Shown piece by piece: positions 1-10,363 of a DNA stretch of 57,894 nucleotides. This DNA comes from Candidatus Omnitrophota bacterium (GTDB lineage Bacteria; Omnitrophota; Gorgyraeia; VGKH01). The translations under genes and the position numbers were made by a program. The notes beneath the pieces are model-generated. The model ran no database searches and had not been told where the DNA came from. It saw only the letters and a program-made list of their open reading frames with translations. Position 1 is the first letter of the stretch. Each line of letters begins with the position of its first letter. The stretch lies in the NCBI GenBank assembly GCA_016867135.1, contig VGKH01000003.1, forward strand, positions 1-57,894, given 5' to 3'.

Positions 1-859
1 CCTGCATCTTTCCTCCGACGGATGGTTTAGCAGTGGAAAGAATTAAAGATACATCCTCCCAAGGCTCCCCGGTTGTCTGTTTAATTGAACCATAGAAAAC
101 CAATTCCACGTTATTTTTCTCAAAAGATGCCCTGGCATCATAAATCGGACGCCAACTTACTCCTCTTACCAAGTAAGAAATATTTAAATCTAAACTTCCG
201 GCCTTGGATGCTTCTAACTCAACTATGATAGAACGCTGCATCTTTCTTGTGCCGCTTGAAATATCGCGAAGCTGTTCCTCTAATGCCTTTTTTTGCTCAG
301 CCAAGTCCCTGATTTTCACATCTGTTTGTTCTTGCTTATTTTGGTTTTCCTGAAGGCTACCAGCCAGGAATTTCGCAAGATTGTCAAGTTCTCCAACCGA
401 AGGAAATTTCGTGATTAAATCTTTAGGGATCTGCGTTCCGGCTGACAACTTAATTGAATTCAAGAACTCCCTTTCTTCGCGGAGTACCTGCTTTCGGTTA
501 TTTTCACTCTTTATTTGGTCGTCTACCAACCGAATCTTATCCTGCAGGTCTTTTACTTGTTCCGAAGGAGGCTTTTCTAGGAATTCCTTCTTTATCTGCG
601 CTCCGTAAATCTTCACCTGAGCCGTTCCTTTGCCTGAAACAGTCAAAGAATTTTCATCGACATCCGGGATTATATCGGAAAATACAATTTGATGTTCGCC
701 TTCCGATAATTTTAAATTTGCTTGGCGCATTATAAGCGCTGAGTCTGTATAAACAATAACTTGCGCAATCTTTGAATCGGCCTTGATTGTCTCGCCAAAA
801 CATAAAGCGCTGGTAAATACCAAAAATAAAACAATAAGAAGCCTAGATATAATCCTCAT
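1..859 (-). CDS. DUF4140/DUF4139-type (MuiA-like) secreted protein; 3' end lies outside the window
   Basis: Absent from the ORF track because it runs off the window. My translation from ATG 859..857 (GGAGGG 5 nt upstream) gives MRIISRLLIVLFLVFTSALCFGETIKADSKIAQVIVYTDSALIMRQANLKLSEGEHQIVFSDI... It has a signal peptide, then a beta-rich region and a coiled coil, and stays open to position 1. Confidence 0.55.
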   Translation of the reverse strand, partial: MRIISRLLIVLFLVFTSALCFGETIKADSKIAQVIVYTDSALIMRQANLKLSEGEHQIVFSDIIPDVDENSLTVSGKGTAQVKIYGAQIKKEFLEKPPSEQVKDLQDKIRLVDDQIKSENNRKQVLREEREFLNSIKLSAGTQIPKDLITKFPSVGELDNLAKFLAGSLQENQNKQEQTDVKIRDLAEQKKALEEQLRDISSGTRKMQRSIIVELEASKAGSLDLNISYLVRGVSWRPIYDARASFEKNNVELVFYGSIKQTTGEPWEDVSLILSTAKPSVGGKMQ

Positions 860-870
860 TTCGCCCTCCT

Positions 871-1012
871 TTAATGAGCGCTTGACTTATGGAGCGTTAG
901 CGACATAAGTCAATTGCGCGAATTTAACCCCCACACCAATTTTCCTTACCCCAACACCATAAAATTGGTGTGGGGGTAAGTTCGTCCGCCACAGTTTTAT
1001 TGGCGGACTCAC

Positions 1013-1015
<3 letters not shown>
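871..1015. repeat. Intercistronic quasi-palindromic element, copy 1 (H1 882-913, H2 928-976, H3 985-1007)
   Basis: Module order is TTAATGAGCGC, H1, TTGCGCGAATTTAA, a 16-bp perfect H2 stem (CCCCCACACCAATTTT/AAAATTGGTGTGGGGG), TAAGTTCG, H3, CTCACTTA. It runs from the ahcY stop codon to the SD of the next gene. Confidence 0.85.
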
Positions 1016-2287
<1,272 letters not shown>

Positions 2288-2294
2288 TCACCTA

Positions 2295-2445
2295 AAAATT
2301 ACAAATCCCAAAATCAAATATTACCAATACTACCAAATAAATCCCACTTTCCAAATCCCAATATAATTTTGGGCTTGGGATTTTGGATTTATTTTGGATT
2401 TGGTAGTATTTGGATTTTGAAATTGCATTGTGTATTGTAATTTAA
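2295..2445. repeat. About 150-nt AT-rich imperfect palindrome built from GGATTT/AAATCC units
   Basis: The left arm (AAATTACAAATCCCAAAATC..TACTACCAAATAAATCC..CCAAATCCCAA) mirrors the right arm (TTGGGATTTTGGATTTATTTTGGATTTGGTAGTA..TTGTAATTT). The centre is near 2366. It fills the metK-ahcY spacer. Confidence 0.6.
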
Positions 2446-2447
2446 CA

Positions 2448-3605
2448 TTAAATCTGTTTTTTTAAAGCTTCTATTCTATCGGTCTTCTCCCAGGTAAAGT
2501 CCTTTTCGTTTCTGCCGAAATGTCCATAGCAGGCAGTCTGTTTATATATGGGCCTGCGCAAATCCAAAGACTCGATTATTCCTTTAGGAGTAAGAGGGAA
2601 AACCTTTCTTACCGCTTTTTCCAGTTTCTCATCGGAAACCTTACCTGTGCCATATGTCTCAATCATGACGCTTACCGGATCGGGCTGTCCAATAACGTAA
2701 CTAAGCTGAATCCAGCATTTCTTTGCTAGGCCTGCGGCGACGATGTTTTTGGCGACATATCTTGCCATGTAGGTTGCCGAGCGGTCGACCTTGGTCGGGT
2801 CTTTGCCTGAGAATGCTCCGCCGCCATGCGATACGACTCCGCCATAAGTATCAACAACTATTTTTCTTCCGGTCATACCGGTATCCGACTGAGGTCCGCC
2901 GATGACAAATTTTCCCGTTTCATTGACAAAATATTTCGTATCCTTATCCGTAAGATGCCCCAAAACCGGCTTGGCAATCTTGGCAATTAATTCATTGCGG
3001 GCCTCTTTGGTTATTTTGCCTCCTGAAGAATCCAGAATTGACTCTGTATGCTGACAGGCCAAAACTACCGCATCAACCCTTTTAGGTTGCCCATCAATAT
3101 ATTCAATGGTAACCTGGCTTTTTCCGTCAGGCCCTAAATAATCCAGGATATTCTTTCTTCTTACTTCTGACATGCGCCGCACTAATTGATGCGCAAGCAT
3201 TATAGGAAGCGGCATGGATTCTTTCGTTTCATCGCAGGCATAGCCGATCATAACGCCCTGGTCTCCGGCGCCACCTCTATCAACGCCTTGAGCGATATCT
3301 AGCGATTGGCTATTGATTGTATTTATTATTGCGCAGGTCTCAGCGCAAAATCCGTATTTGTGATGAGTGTAGCCGATATCCGCGACTACCTTTCTAACCA
3401 AATTATTAGTATCAACATAGCCGCTGGTGGTAATTTCCCCACCGACGATTAAAAGCCCCATAGTCACATAGGTCTCACAGGCCACTCTACCTTTTTTATC
3501 TTGTCTTAACACATCATCTAAAACCGCATCCGAAACTTGATCGCAGACCTTGTCGGGATGGCCCTCGGCAACCGACTCAGATGTCATAAAATACCTACGC
3601 TTCAT
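2448..3605 (-). CDS. metK: S-adenosylmethionine synthetase
   Basis: Contains [21 protein letters not shown] and DTYGG motifs. I chose the start at 3605 (MKRRYF..): GGAGG lies 7 nt upstream and there is an ATGA overlap with the upstream stop. The ORF track begins at 3632. Confidence 0.95.
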   Translation of the reverse strand: MKRRYFMTSESVAEGHPDKVCDQVSDAVLDDVLRQDKKGRVACETYVTMGLLIVGGEITTSGYVDTNNLVRKVVADIGYTHHKYGFCAETCAIINTINSQSLDIAQGVDRGGAGDQGVMIGYACDETKESMPLPIMLAHQLVRRMSEVRRKNILDYLGPDGKSQVTIEYIDGQPKRVDAVVLACQHTESILDSSGGKITKEARNELIAKIAKPVLGHLTDKDTKYFVNETGKFVIGGPQSDTGMTGRKIVVDTYGGVVSHGGGAFSGKDPTKVDRSATYMARYVAKNIVAAGLAKKCWIQLSYVIGQPDPVSVMIETYGTGKVSDEKLEKAVRKVFPLTPKGIIESLDLRRPIYKQTACYGHFGRNEKDFTWEKTDRIEALKKQI

Positions 3606-4372
3606 GAATTGACCTCCTTTATAAATTGGCAATAATGTTCGTCTAATTTACACAACGAATGGATATTTCCGATATCTTCCCATTTTCCTTTGAAAACAAA
3701 ACCGTAAACCGGTTTTTTCTTACAAAGCCAACTGATATAACCGCCGGTAGTATCGCTTTTACCGGTTTCCTTTATATATTCGCTTATCAGGCCGACTGTC
3801 TCTCTAGGGAAATAATAAAGGCACATTGCGATCAAACTTGATTTGGCAACCTTCGGCTTTTCCTGAAAAGAGATAACTCTTTTTTCTCTGTTAATTCCTA
3901 CGACGCCATATTTCGTAGCGTGCTTTTTATCTTTTATATCAAAAAGCCCTACCGTGACATTGGGCGATTTCTTCCTGGCGAAACTGATAAATTCATTTAA
4001 TTCAGCATCAAACAAATTATCGCCGCCTATAACTACAAGATCTCTTTTCTCTAAGGCGTCATTTTTTATGACAAACTCTATATCGCCTATTGCGCCTAAG
4101 CGGTCATGAGCTGAATTTGTCCCGTCGTTAAAAACTTTTAATTTAATGTTCTTGAAATCTTTCTGGGAATCTTCAGCCCACTTAGTAAGAACATCATAAA
4201 ATTTACTGTTTGTTACTACCGCTGCCTCATCCATTCCCTCTATCGGTTTAAGCTTGTCAACGATATAGCTTAATATGGGCTTATTCTTGATTTCAATCAG
4301 CGGCTTGGGGAAATTCTCGGTTAGAGGATATAGCCTCGTGGCATATCCTGCAGCTAAAATTAATGCTTTCAT
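3602..4372 (-). CDS. Sugar-phosphate nucleotidyltransferase (GlmU/RmlA-fold)
   Basis: The N-terminus [22 protein letters not shown] is the canonical NTP-transferase signature. Confidence 0.75.
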   Translation of the reverse strand: MKALILAAGYATRLYPLTENFPKPLIEIKNKPILSYIVDKLKPIEGMDEAAVVTNSKFYDVLTKWAEDSQKDFKNIKLKVFNDGTNSAHDRLGAIGDIEFVIKNDALEKRDLVVIGGDNLFDAELNEFISFARKKSPNVTVGLFDIKDKKHATKYGVVGINREKRVISFQEKPKVAKSSLIAMCLYYFPRETVGLISEYIKETGKSDTTGGYISWLCKKKPVYGFVFKGKWEDIGNIHSLCKLDEHYCQFIKEVNS

Positions 4373-4378
4373 TTTGAT

Positions 4379-5161
4379 TTAAGTTTTCGTTACGAATGCG
4401 TCACTAAAATCAAACTCGCTTGGATAGTTCAAGAATCTCAGCTTATCAGGACTATTTATCAACGGATATATCGGCTTATTCTTCTCTAAGCCGAATTTAT
4501 CGATTTTGGCACTTGAAAACATCTCTTTTATGCTTTTCGGCAATTGAGTAAATATTTTATTTGCTTCTACGTTAAGCTTGCCGTTTTCTTCAGAAAAAAA
4601 GTAGGCTGCGCCTTCAGCTTCTTTGTAAAGAGAGTAATCCGAACTAAACTGCGTTCCAACCCAGTTTGAAGTCACCAATGGTTCATTTTTAGACGGATTA
4701 ATCAATATGTGTCCGTATCCGGGAAGACAAACAATTTTATCCCCGGTCTGCGCCTTTACCAGTATTACATCCTCAATAACTTTATAATCTTTTTTAGATG
4801 GTTTCTGCAAAAGACACCAAGCGCTCCCATAGACCACTTCGTAAAGTTCCGGAAAACTTCCGGGATGATAGTGGCCTGCTGTCTTCATTAATTCCTTGCC
4901 TAACTTGTCTGGTTTTATAACCGTTATGTCGTATCTTAAGGCGTGCTTTTTCTCTATCGCCCTGTCTTTATCAAAAGCAACATCTCTGTACATATAATAA
5001 AGTTCTTTGGGCGAATTTATCGTCTTATCTACAAGCACCTCTCTCATTTCATCGATGGTTCTTACCGCCGGAGAAACCCGCGGCAGACCTTCCTCAAAAA
5101 TTAATTTGTAATTTTGATCCAATTTGACAGGTAACCCTATGTTATTCTTTAAATCTTTCAT
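4379..5161 (-). CDS. Cupin-type glucose-6-phosphate isomerase (archaeal-like cPGI)
   Basis: Contains TAGHYHP..PELYEV (GHxH..ExY) and PGYGHILIN (HxxxN), the cupin motifs characteristic of cPGI. Confidence 0.7.
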   Translation of the reverse strand: MKDLKNNIGLPVKLDQNYKLIFEEGLPRVSPAVRTIDEMREVLVDKTINSPKELYYMYRDVAFDKDRAIEKKHALRYDITVIKPDKLGKELMKTAGHYHPGSFPELYEVVYGSAWCLLQKPSKKDYKVIEDVILVKAQTGDKIVCLPGYGHILINPSKNEPLVTSNWVGTQFSSDYSLYKEAEGAAYFFSEENGKLNVEANKIFTQLPKSIKEMFSSAKIDKFGLEKNKPIYPLINSPDKLRFLNYPSEFDFSDAFVTKT

Positions 5162-6927
5162 TTGCTAGCATCATTCTCCCCTAAAAGTTCCGGTACTAAT
5201 TCTTGAAGTCGTTGATTACTGTATTCCTCGACTTCTTTTCCCGTAGATAAAGAAAGAGCGTATTCGGCTATCTTCTTGGCATCTTTGTAACTTACCGAAC
5301 GGACCAATTGTTTTATCAACGGGACCGAAGCCGGCGGCATACTGAATTCATCTAACCCCAGACCTAAAAGCACAAGGACTAGTTCTGGATCGCCTGACAT
5401 TTCACCGCAAATCCCTACCCATATTTCAGATTTATGACCTGCATCGATTATATTCTTAATTAGTTTTAGAACCGCTGGATGCGCAGGTTCGTATAGATAA
5501 GCTATCTTTTCATTGGTTCTATCCACTGCTAAAGAATACTGGATCAAATCATTAGTTCCGATGCTAAAGAAATCGGCTTCTTTTGCGATTATATCAGCGG
5601 TGATCGCCGCAGAAGGAACCTCAATCATAGCCCCGACTTCTAAATTATCATCAAATCTTATATCTTCTTTTCTTAATTCGTTTCTGCATTCCTCCAGCAA
5701 ATTATTTGCCTGGCGCAATTCTTCAATCCCGGAAATCATCGGATACATAAGTTTTAATTGTCCGTGTACCGAAGCGCGTAAAATTGCCCTGAGCTGAATC
5801 TTAAATATATCCGGCCGGGCAAGACAGAAACGGATAGCTCTCCATCCCAAAAACGGATGCATATCCCTAGGCACATGCAGCTGCGACAAAAACTTATCTC
5901 CTCCTAAATCAAGCGTTCTTATTACCACATGATGCGGTGATACAGCCTGGGCAACGTGACGATAAGCTTGATAATGCTCCTCCTCCGAAGGCAAATCAGT
6001 CCTATTCATATAAAAATATTCTGTTCGATAAAGACCTATACCCCTTGCTCCGTGCTCAATAACCGAAGGGATTTCTTCGGGTAATTCTATGTTTGCCGCA
6101 ATCAAGACTTCTCTATTGTCTTTGGTCTCGGCTGGCAATTCTTTTAGATTGACAAACCTCTCTTTTTGAACATTGATTTTCAGTTTTGCCGTCTCGTATC
6201 TATCTAATGTTTCTTTCTCCGGATTGATGATTACCGTACCGGTCTTCCCGTCTACAATAAGGATATCACCGTTAATAATCTTCTGGGTGGCAACTTCTAC
6301 GCCGACAACGGCAGGAATCTCAAGAGATTTAGCCATAATCGCCGTATGAGAAGTGCGGGAGCCGATATCGGTTACGAATGCGACAATATTTTTCTTATAC
6401 ATAGAAGCCGTTTCTGAAGGGGCAAGGTCATTAGCAACTAAGATTAAGTTCTCAGCGTCTACATCGACAACTATATTCTTCTTTTCACCTAATAAATTCC
6501 TGAGTATCCTTTTCCCTACATCATTGATGTCAGAAACCCTCTCGCGCAGATATTCATCTTCTATTCTTGAAAACACGGAGACATATTTCTTCAGCACTTC
6601 CGAGAATATATATTCAACGCAGAATTTTTCCTTCTTTATCCTGACAATAACATCTTCAATAAGGGTCCTATCTTCCAAAACCAGAAGATGGGCATCAAAA
6701 ATCTCCGCATGCTCCGTGCCCATCTCTTCGGCTATACGCTTCTGAATCTCCAATATTTCGTGCCTAGTTTTAATTAGCGCATCTTCGAAACGAGCTATCT
6801 CTAAGGCGATACTCGTCTCGGAAATCTTGTGCGGAGAAATACGGAATTCTTCCTTGCCGAACAAGAAAGCCGGACCGATAGCAACACCAGATGCAGCCCC
6901 TATGCCTTTTAAAATTATCTCATTCAT
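5158..6927 (-). CDS. ptsI: Phosphoenolpyruvate-protein phosphotransferase (PTS Enzyme I)
   Basis: 589 aa. Contains GSRTSHTAIMA (phospho-His region), a PEP-utilising TIM domain (GLYRTEY, IGTNDL) and a CGE motif. Confidence 0.92.
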   Translation of the reverse strand: MNEIILKGIGAASGVAIGPAFLFGKEEFRISPHKISETSIALEIARFEDALIKTRHEILEIQKRIAEEMGTEHAEIFDAHLLVLEDRTLIEDVIVRIKKEKFCVEYIFSEVLKKYVSVFSRIEDEYLRERVSDINDVGKRILRNLLGEKKNIVVDVDAENLILVANDLAPSETASMYKKNIVAFVTDIGSRTSHTAIMAKSLEIPAVVGVEVATQKIINGDILIVDGKTGTVIINPEKETLDRYETAKLKINVQKERFVNLKELPAETKDNREVLIAANIELPEEIPSVIEHGARGIGLYRTEYFYMNRTDLPSEEEHYQAYRHVAQAVSPHHVVIRTLDLGGDKFLSQLHVPRDMHPFLGWRAIRFCLARPDIFKIQLRAILRASVHGQLKLMYPMISGIEELRQANNLLEECRNELRKEDIRFDDNLEVGAMIEVPSAAITADIIAKEADFFSIGTNDLIQYSLAVDRTNEKIAYLYEPAHPAVLKLIKNIIDAGHKSEIWVGICGEMSGDPELVLVLLGLGLDEFSMPPASVPLIKQLVRSVSYKDAKKIAEYALSLSTGKEVEEYSNQRLQELVPELLGENDASK

Positions 6928-7192
6928 CTTCTTTGGATAATAAAGCCTCTAGTTCCGAAATAACCTCTTTGGCGTCAACCCCTGTCGCCTCAATAGTAAT
7001 TTTACTACCCTTATTTGCTGCAAGCATCAATATACCCATTATGGATTTGCCGTTTACTGTTTCCTTCCCTTTTTTAACGGTAATTTCTGAATCGTATTTG
7101 CTGGCGATCTGCACAAATAAGGCCGCTGGCCTAGCATGCAAACCCTGTTTATTCTTTATCGTTATATTCTTTTTTTCCGAGACCATATCCAT
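6920..7192 (-). CDS. ptsH: HPr/NPr phosphocarrier protein
   Basis: 90 aa. GLHARPA is the active-site His motif and GKSIMGI is the regulatory Ser region. Confidence 0.9.
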   Translation of the reverse strand: MDMVSEKKNITIKNKQGLHARPAALFVQIASKYDSEITVKKGKETVNGKSIMGILMLAANKGSKITIEATGVDAKEVISELEALLSKEDE

Positions 7193-7202
7193 AAGAGTTA
7201 AT

Positions 7203-8447
7203 TTACTGTTTTTTATGCCGCTTGCTTAGAATAAGATTAATTATAACTTTGGAAAGTTTTCCAGGGTCATGCCTCAGGAAATCGGTTGCGCTGATTAATT
7301 CCGCCTCCACGACTGAATAGCCCATCTGCTTAATCCTGTGGCTATCGGCGATAACAGGGAAAGACTGTTCTTTTTTATACCTCTCAAGCAATTCTTTCGG
7401 CGCCTCTGTATTAATATTTACGACACAGTGATTCATAATATCTTTTGAGGAATGACTGATCAGGGCTTCGACGTGATCGGACGCTTTGTATCCGTCTGTC
7501 TCTCCCGGCTGAGTCATGACATTGCATATATAAATTTTTAAAACCTTTGAATTGCTAATCGCATCGGTTATACCCTTAGTAAGCAAATTAGGAATAACAC
7601 TGGTATATAAGCTTCCAGGCCCTAAAATAATAACTTCTGCCTCATTAATCGCCCTTACCGCCTCTTCTGTTGCGGGAGAATTACCTGGGACTAAAGAAAC
7701 TTTTCTTATAGGTAGATTTTTCTCCGGGATTTTATGCTCGCCTTGGATAATAGATCCATCCTCATACTCTGCCACTAGCGATACATTTTGCAGAGTTGAT
7801 GGGATAACCTCCCCCCGTATCGCCAAAACTTTACTCGATGCCTTGATTGCTGCCTCGAAATCTCCCGTTACTTTAGTAAGCGCCGTAATAAAAAGATTGC
7901 CGAAATTATGCCCTTTTAGGTCTCCGCCATCTTCAAATCTGAATTGAAAAAGATTTTGCATCAAGGGCTCAGAATCAGCCAAGGCTACCAAACAGTTTCT
8001 GATATCGCCGGGAGGCAAAACATCAAACTGCTCCCTTAAACGGCCGGAACTGCCACCGCTATCGGCAACAGTAACAAGGGCAGTAATATTATTTGTATAC
8101 TCTTTCACGCCATGTAAAAGCATCGCCAAACCATGCCCACCGCCTACGGCTACAATTTTCGGGCCGCGTTCGAGTTGACGCTTAGAGAAGAAAATCGTCG
8201 CTAGGTCACCCCGATCTTTAGGAAGAAATACGCTTATAAAAGAAATCAAAATTTTATACATGCTTATAATAATAAGGATGACACCTAAGGAAATCGTAAC
8301 GGCATCAACTATTTTTCCGAATACAAAAACCTCTGCCAGAAGGTTGGCAGAACCAAAGCCGACCATGACTACGCCTAAAATGGCAAGGCCGATCCATCTT
8401 TTGATTCCCATGCCCGGATAAAACCACTTTAAAAAATTCAGTTTCAT
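7203..8447 (-). CDS. yvcK: YvcK/CofD-like gluconeogenesis factor family protein with N-terminal TM segments
   Basis: Contains VAVGGGHG, DSGGSSGRLR and PPGDIRN, conserved UPF0052/YvcK blocks. Two N-terminal hydrophobic helices are present. Confidence 0.85.
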   Translation of the reverse strand: MKLNFLKWFYPGMGIKRWIGLAILGVVMVGFGSANLLAEVFVFGKIVDAVTISLGVILIIISMYKILISFISVFLPKDRGDLATIFFSKRQLERGPKIVAVGGGHGLAMLLHGVKEYTNNITALVTVADSGGSSGRLREQFDVLPPGDIRNCLVALADSEPLMQNLFQFRFEDGGDLKGHNFGNLFITALTKVTGDFEAAIKASSKVLAIRGEVIPSTLQNVSLVAEYEDGSIIQGEHKIPEKNLPIRKVSLVPGNSPATEEAVRAINEAEVIILGPGSLYTSVIPNLLTKGITDAISNSKVLKIYICNVMTQPGETDGYKASDHVEALISHSSKDIMNHCVVNINTEAPKELLERYKKEQSFPVIADSHRIKQMGYSVVEAELISATDFLRHDPGKLSKVIINLILSKRHKKQ

Positions 8448-8452
8448 ATTTT

Positions 8453-8923
8453 TTATATTTTTCTTTCGTCCTCTTGAACAATAATCTTTATGACTGCTTT
8501 ATCGTCTTTTGACTGCTTTAAACTATCCCTAAAATATTTGTCCTTTAATAATCTTGAAATTCTTGCCAGTGCTTTAAGGTGAGGGCCTGCTGAATCCTGC
8601 GGCGCGACTAAAAGAAAAAATAAATAAACCAATTCTCCGTCTAAAGAATCAAAGTTAACGCCTTTCTGAGAAATACCAAAGGCGGCTACTAGCTTATCTA
8701 CGCAATCGCTCTTGCCATGAGGAATACCTACCCCCTGGCCGATAGCAGTAGAACCTAAGGCCTCGCGGGCCATAAGAATCTCAAACAATCTATTGCTATT
8801 CCGCTTGTCTATTTCTCCCGCTAAAACGAGAAGATCTACGAGCTCTCTTATAACTCCTTCTTTATCGGTAGCCTTGATATCGGTTGAGATAGCCTGTTTG
8901 CATAAAAAATCCATTATCTTCAT
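8453..8923 (-). CDS. ptsN: PTS EIIA-Ntr type regulatory protein
   Basis: 156 aa. It has the EIIA type-2 fold signature GSTAIGQGVGIPHGK. Confidence 0.85.
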   Translation of the reverse strand: MKIMDFLCKQAISTDIKATDKEGVIRELVDLLVLAGEIDKRNSNRLFEILMAREALGSTAIGQGVGIPHGKSDCVDKLVAAFGISQKGVNFDSLDGELVYLFFLLVAPQDSAGPHLKALARISRLLKDKYFRDSLKQSKDDKAVIKIIVQEDERKI

Positions 8924-8971
8924 ACTTCTTTCCTCCTTAGCAATGTTTAACCTAGAATCTTTTAATCTTCA

Positions 8972-9047
8972 TGGAGCGGGAGACGGGGGTCGAACCCGCG
9001 ACATCAACGTTGGCAACGTTGCACTCTACCAACTGAGTTACTCCCGC
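8972..9047 (-). tRNA. tRNA-Gly (GCC), CCA encoded
   Basis: The reverse complement GCGGGAGTAACTCAGTTGGTAGAGTGCAACGTTGCCAACGTTGATGTCGCGGGTTCGACCCCCGTCTCCCGCTCCA folds as a cloverleaf. The anticodon loop is TTGCCAA. Confidence 0.9.
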
Positions 9048-9163
9048 ATAAAATCCGAATAAATCCAAAATGAGTTTTTTATGGGCGGAATCCCGACGAT
9101 ACGCGGGACAAGCCTTTCGGCATCCCGATAAAATTTTGGTTATTTATAAATCCTTTATTTATA

Positions 9164-9247
9164 TGCCGTGGGAGAGACTCGAACTCTCAAGTCCTTGCAG
9201 ACATTAGGTCCTAAGCCTAACGCGTATACCAATTCCGCCACCACGGC
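9164..9247 (-). tRNA. tRNA-Leu (TAG), type II with long variable arm
   Basis: The reverse complement is GCCGTGGTGGCGGAATTGGTATACGCGTTAGGCTTAGGACCTAATGTCTGCAAGGACTTGAGAGTTCGAGTCTCTCCCACGGCA. The anticodon loop is CTTAGGA. Confidence 0.88.
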
Positions 9248-9424
9248 TCTACTTCGCTAAAACGCTTTCGCTTTTAGCTTCGTAGAAACCAACTCTACGA
9301 AAGCTCAGATTTGCAAGTCTCTCTGAAGCCAAAGGCGTAAGCGCTTTGACGAGAGAGGGCCACCACGGAAAAATTTTATCGGGACGCGTATGCCACTCCG
9401 CCATCCGCCCGAATGCGAATTTAA

Positions 9425-9500
9425 TGGTGAGCCACCCGCGACTCGAACGCGGCACAACCGCCTTAAAAGGGCGGTGCTCTACCTGATGAGCTAGTGGCTC
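9425..9500 (-). tRNA. tRNA-Lys (TTT), CCA encoded
   Basis: The reverse complement is GAGCCACTAGCTCATCAGGTAGAGCACCGCCCTTTTAAGGCGGTTGTGCCGCGTTCGAGTCGCGGGTGGCTCACCA. The anticodon loop is CTTTTAA. Confidence 0.9.
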
Positions 9501-9565
9501 ACTCCTAATTGTAAGAGAACATTTTTATATTGATATAAAAGGCGGCTTTGATGAAAATTAGCGCG

Positions 9566-10135
9566 CTAAAATTCTGTCAGTTCTTTGTCTTTGTCTTTTA
9601 GAATCTGATCGATATTCTGGATGTACTTATCTATAAGTTTTTGGATCTCGTCTTGGCCCTTAAAACGCTCATCTTCAGGGATAACTTTATCATCTTCCAA
9701 TTTTTTTATTGATTCATTAGCATCGCGGCGGATTGTCCTAAGGGAAATCCTGCCTTCCTCTGCCATAGTCTTTACTAGTTTGGCGAGCTCATCGCGCCTT
9801 TCCTTAGATAAAGGCGGAATTGAAAGACGTATAACTTTCCCGTCGTTCATAGGAGTAATGCCTAAATTAGATTTTAAGATAGTCTTCTCAATTTCTTTTA
9901 CGGCACTTGGGTCCCACGGCTGGATAACAATTAGTCGCGCATCAGGGATAGAAATAGATGCGATTTGTTTTAACAGAGTCGGCGTCCCATAATAATCGAC
10001 TCTTAAGCCTTCAATCAAAGAGGGATTTGCTCTTCCTGTGCGGATTTCCGCAAATTCTCTTTTCGTAGACTCAATAGTCTTTTTCATCTTCTCTTCTGTA
10101 TCATGCACTATTTGTTTAACTGTCATATCCACCAC
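9566..10135 (-). CDS. frr: Ribosome recycling factor
   Basis: Full-length RRF-like sequence (..FAEIRTGRANPSLIEGLRVDYYG..). The start could instead be the ATG at 10126, which has better spacing to GAGGTGG. Confidence 0.93.
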   Translation of the reverse strand: MVDMTVKQIVHDTEEKMKKTIESTKREFAEIRTGRANPSLIEGLRVDYYGTPTLLKQIASISIPDARLIVIQPWDPSAVKEIEKTILKSNLGITPMNDGKVIRLSIPPLSKERRDELAKLVKTMAEEGRISLRTIRRDANESIKKLEDDKVIPEDERFKGQDEIQKLIDKYIQNIDQILKDKDKELTEF

Positions 10136-10138
10136 CTC

Positions 10139-10363
10139 AAATGTCCGTCATTCGATTTAAGCGAATGACGAGATCTCGCCAATCCGCCAAAAACGGATTG
10201 GGGAAAAGCACATCCCGACGTATCGTCGGGATAAGTGCGAATTTGACCCCCACTGTTTCGTTTTGGTTCGCTTTACTTCACCAAAAGCGAAACAAAACGG
10301 TGGGGGTAAGCTCGACCTTGCAACTTATGTCGCCTACGGCTCCATAAGTTGCGGTCTCACTTA
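10139..10363. repeat. Intercistronic quasi-palindromic element, copy 2 (expanded, extra hairpin modules)
   Basis: Module order is AAATG.., three small hairpins, AAGTGCGAATTTGAC, a long H2 (CCCCCACTGTTTCG../..CAAAACGGTGGGGG), TAAGCTCG, H3 (GCAACTTATGTCGC..GCTCCATAAGTTGC), CTCACTTA. The pyrH TAA stop lies inside the terminal motif. Confidence 0.85.

Noticed and set aside
381-735. Two plus-strand ORFs (75 and 93 aa) at the window start
   Set aside because: They are antisense to a much longer, well-supported minus-strand CDS (signal peptide, SD, open to the window edge). There are no initiation signals.
9248-9424. Possible fourth tRNA gene (type II) in the Leu-Lys spacer
   Set aside because: Only the acceptor 5' strand and D-arm-like sequence are present. 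I could not find a complementary anticodon stem, T-arm consensus or 3' acceptor strand, so I treat it as a tRNA-like fragment.
9249-9455. 68-aa minus-strand ORF between tRNA-Leu and tRNA-Lys
   Set aside because: It overlaps the 3' part of tRNA-Lys and the structured inter-tRNA spacer. It has no SD and an odd composition, so it is most likely a chance ORF.
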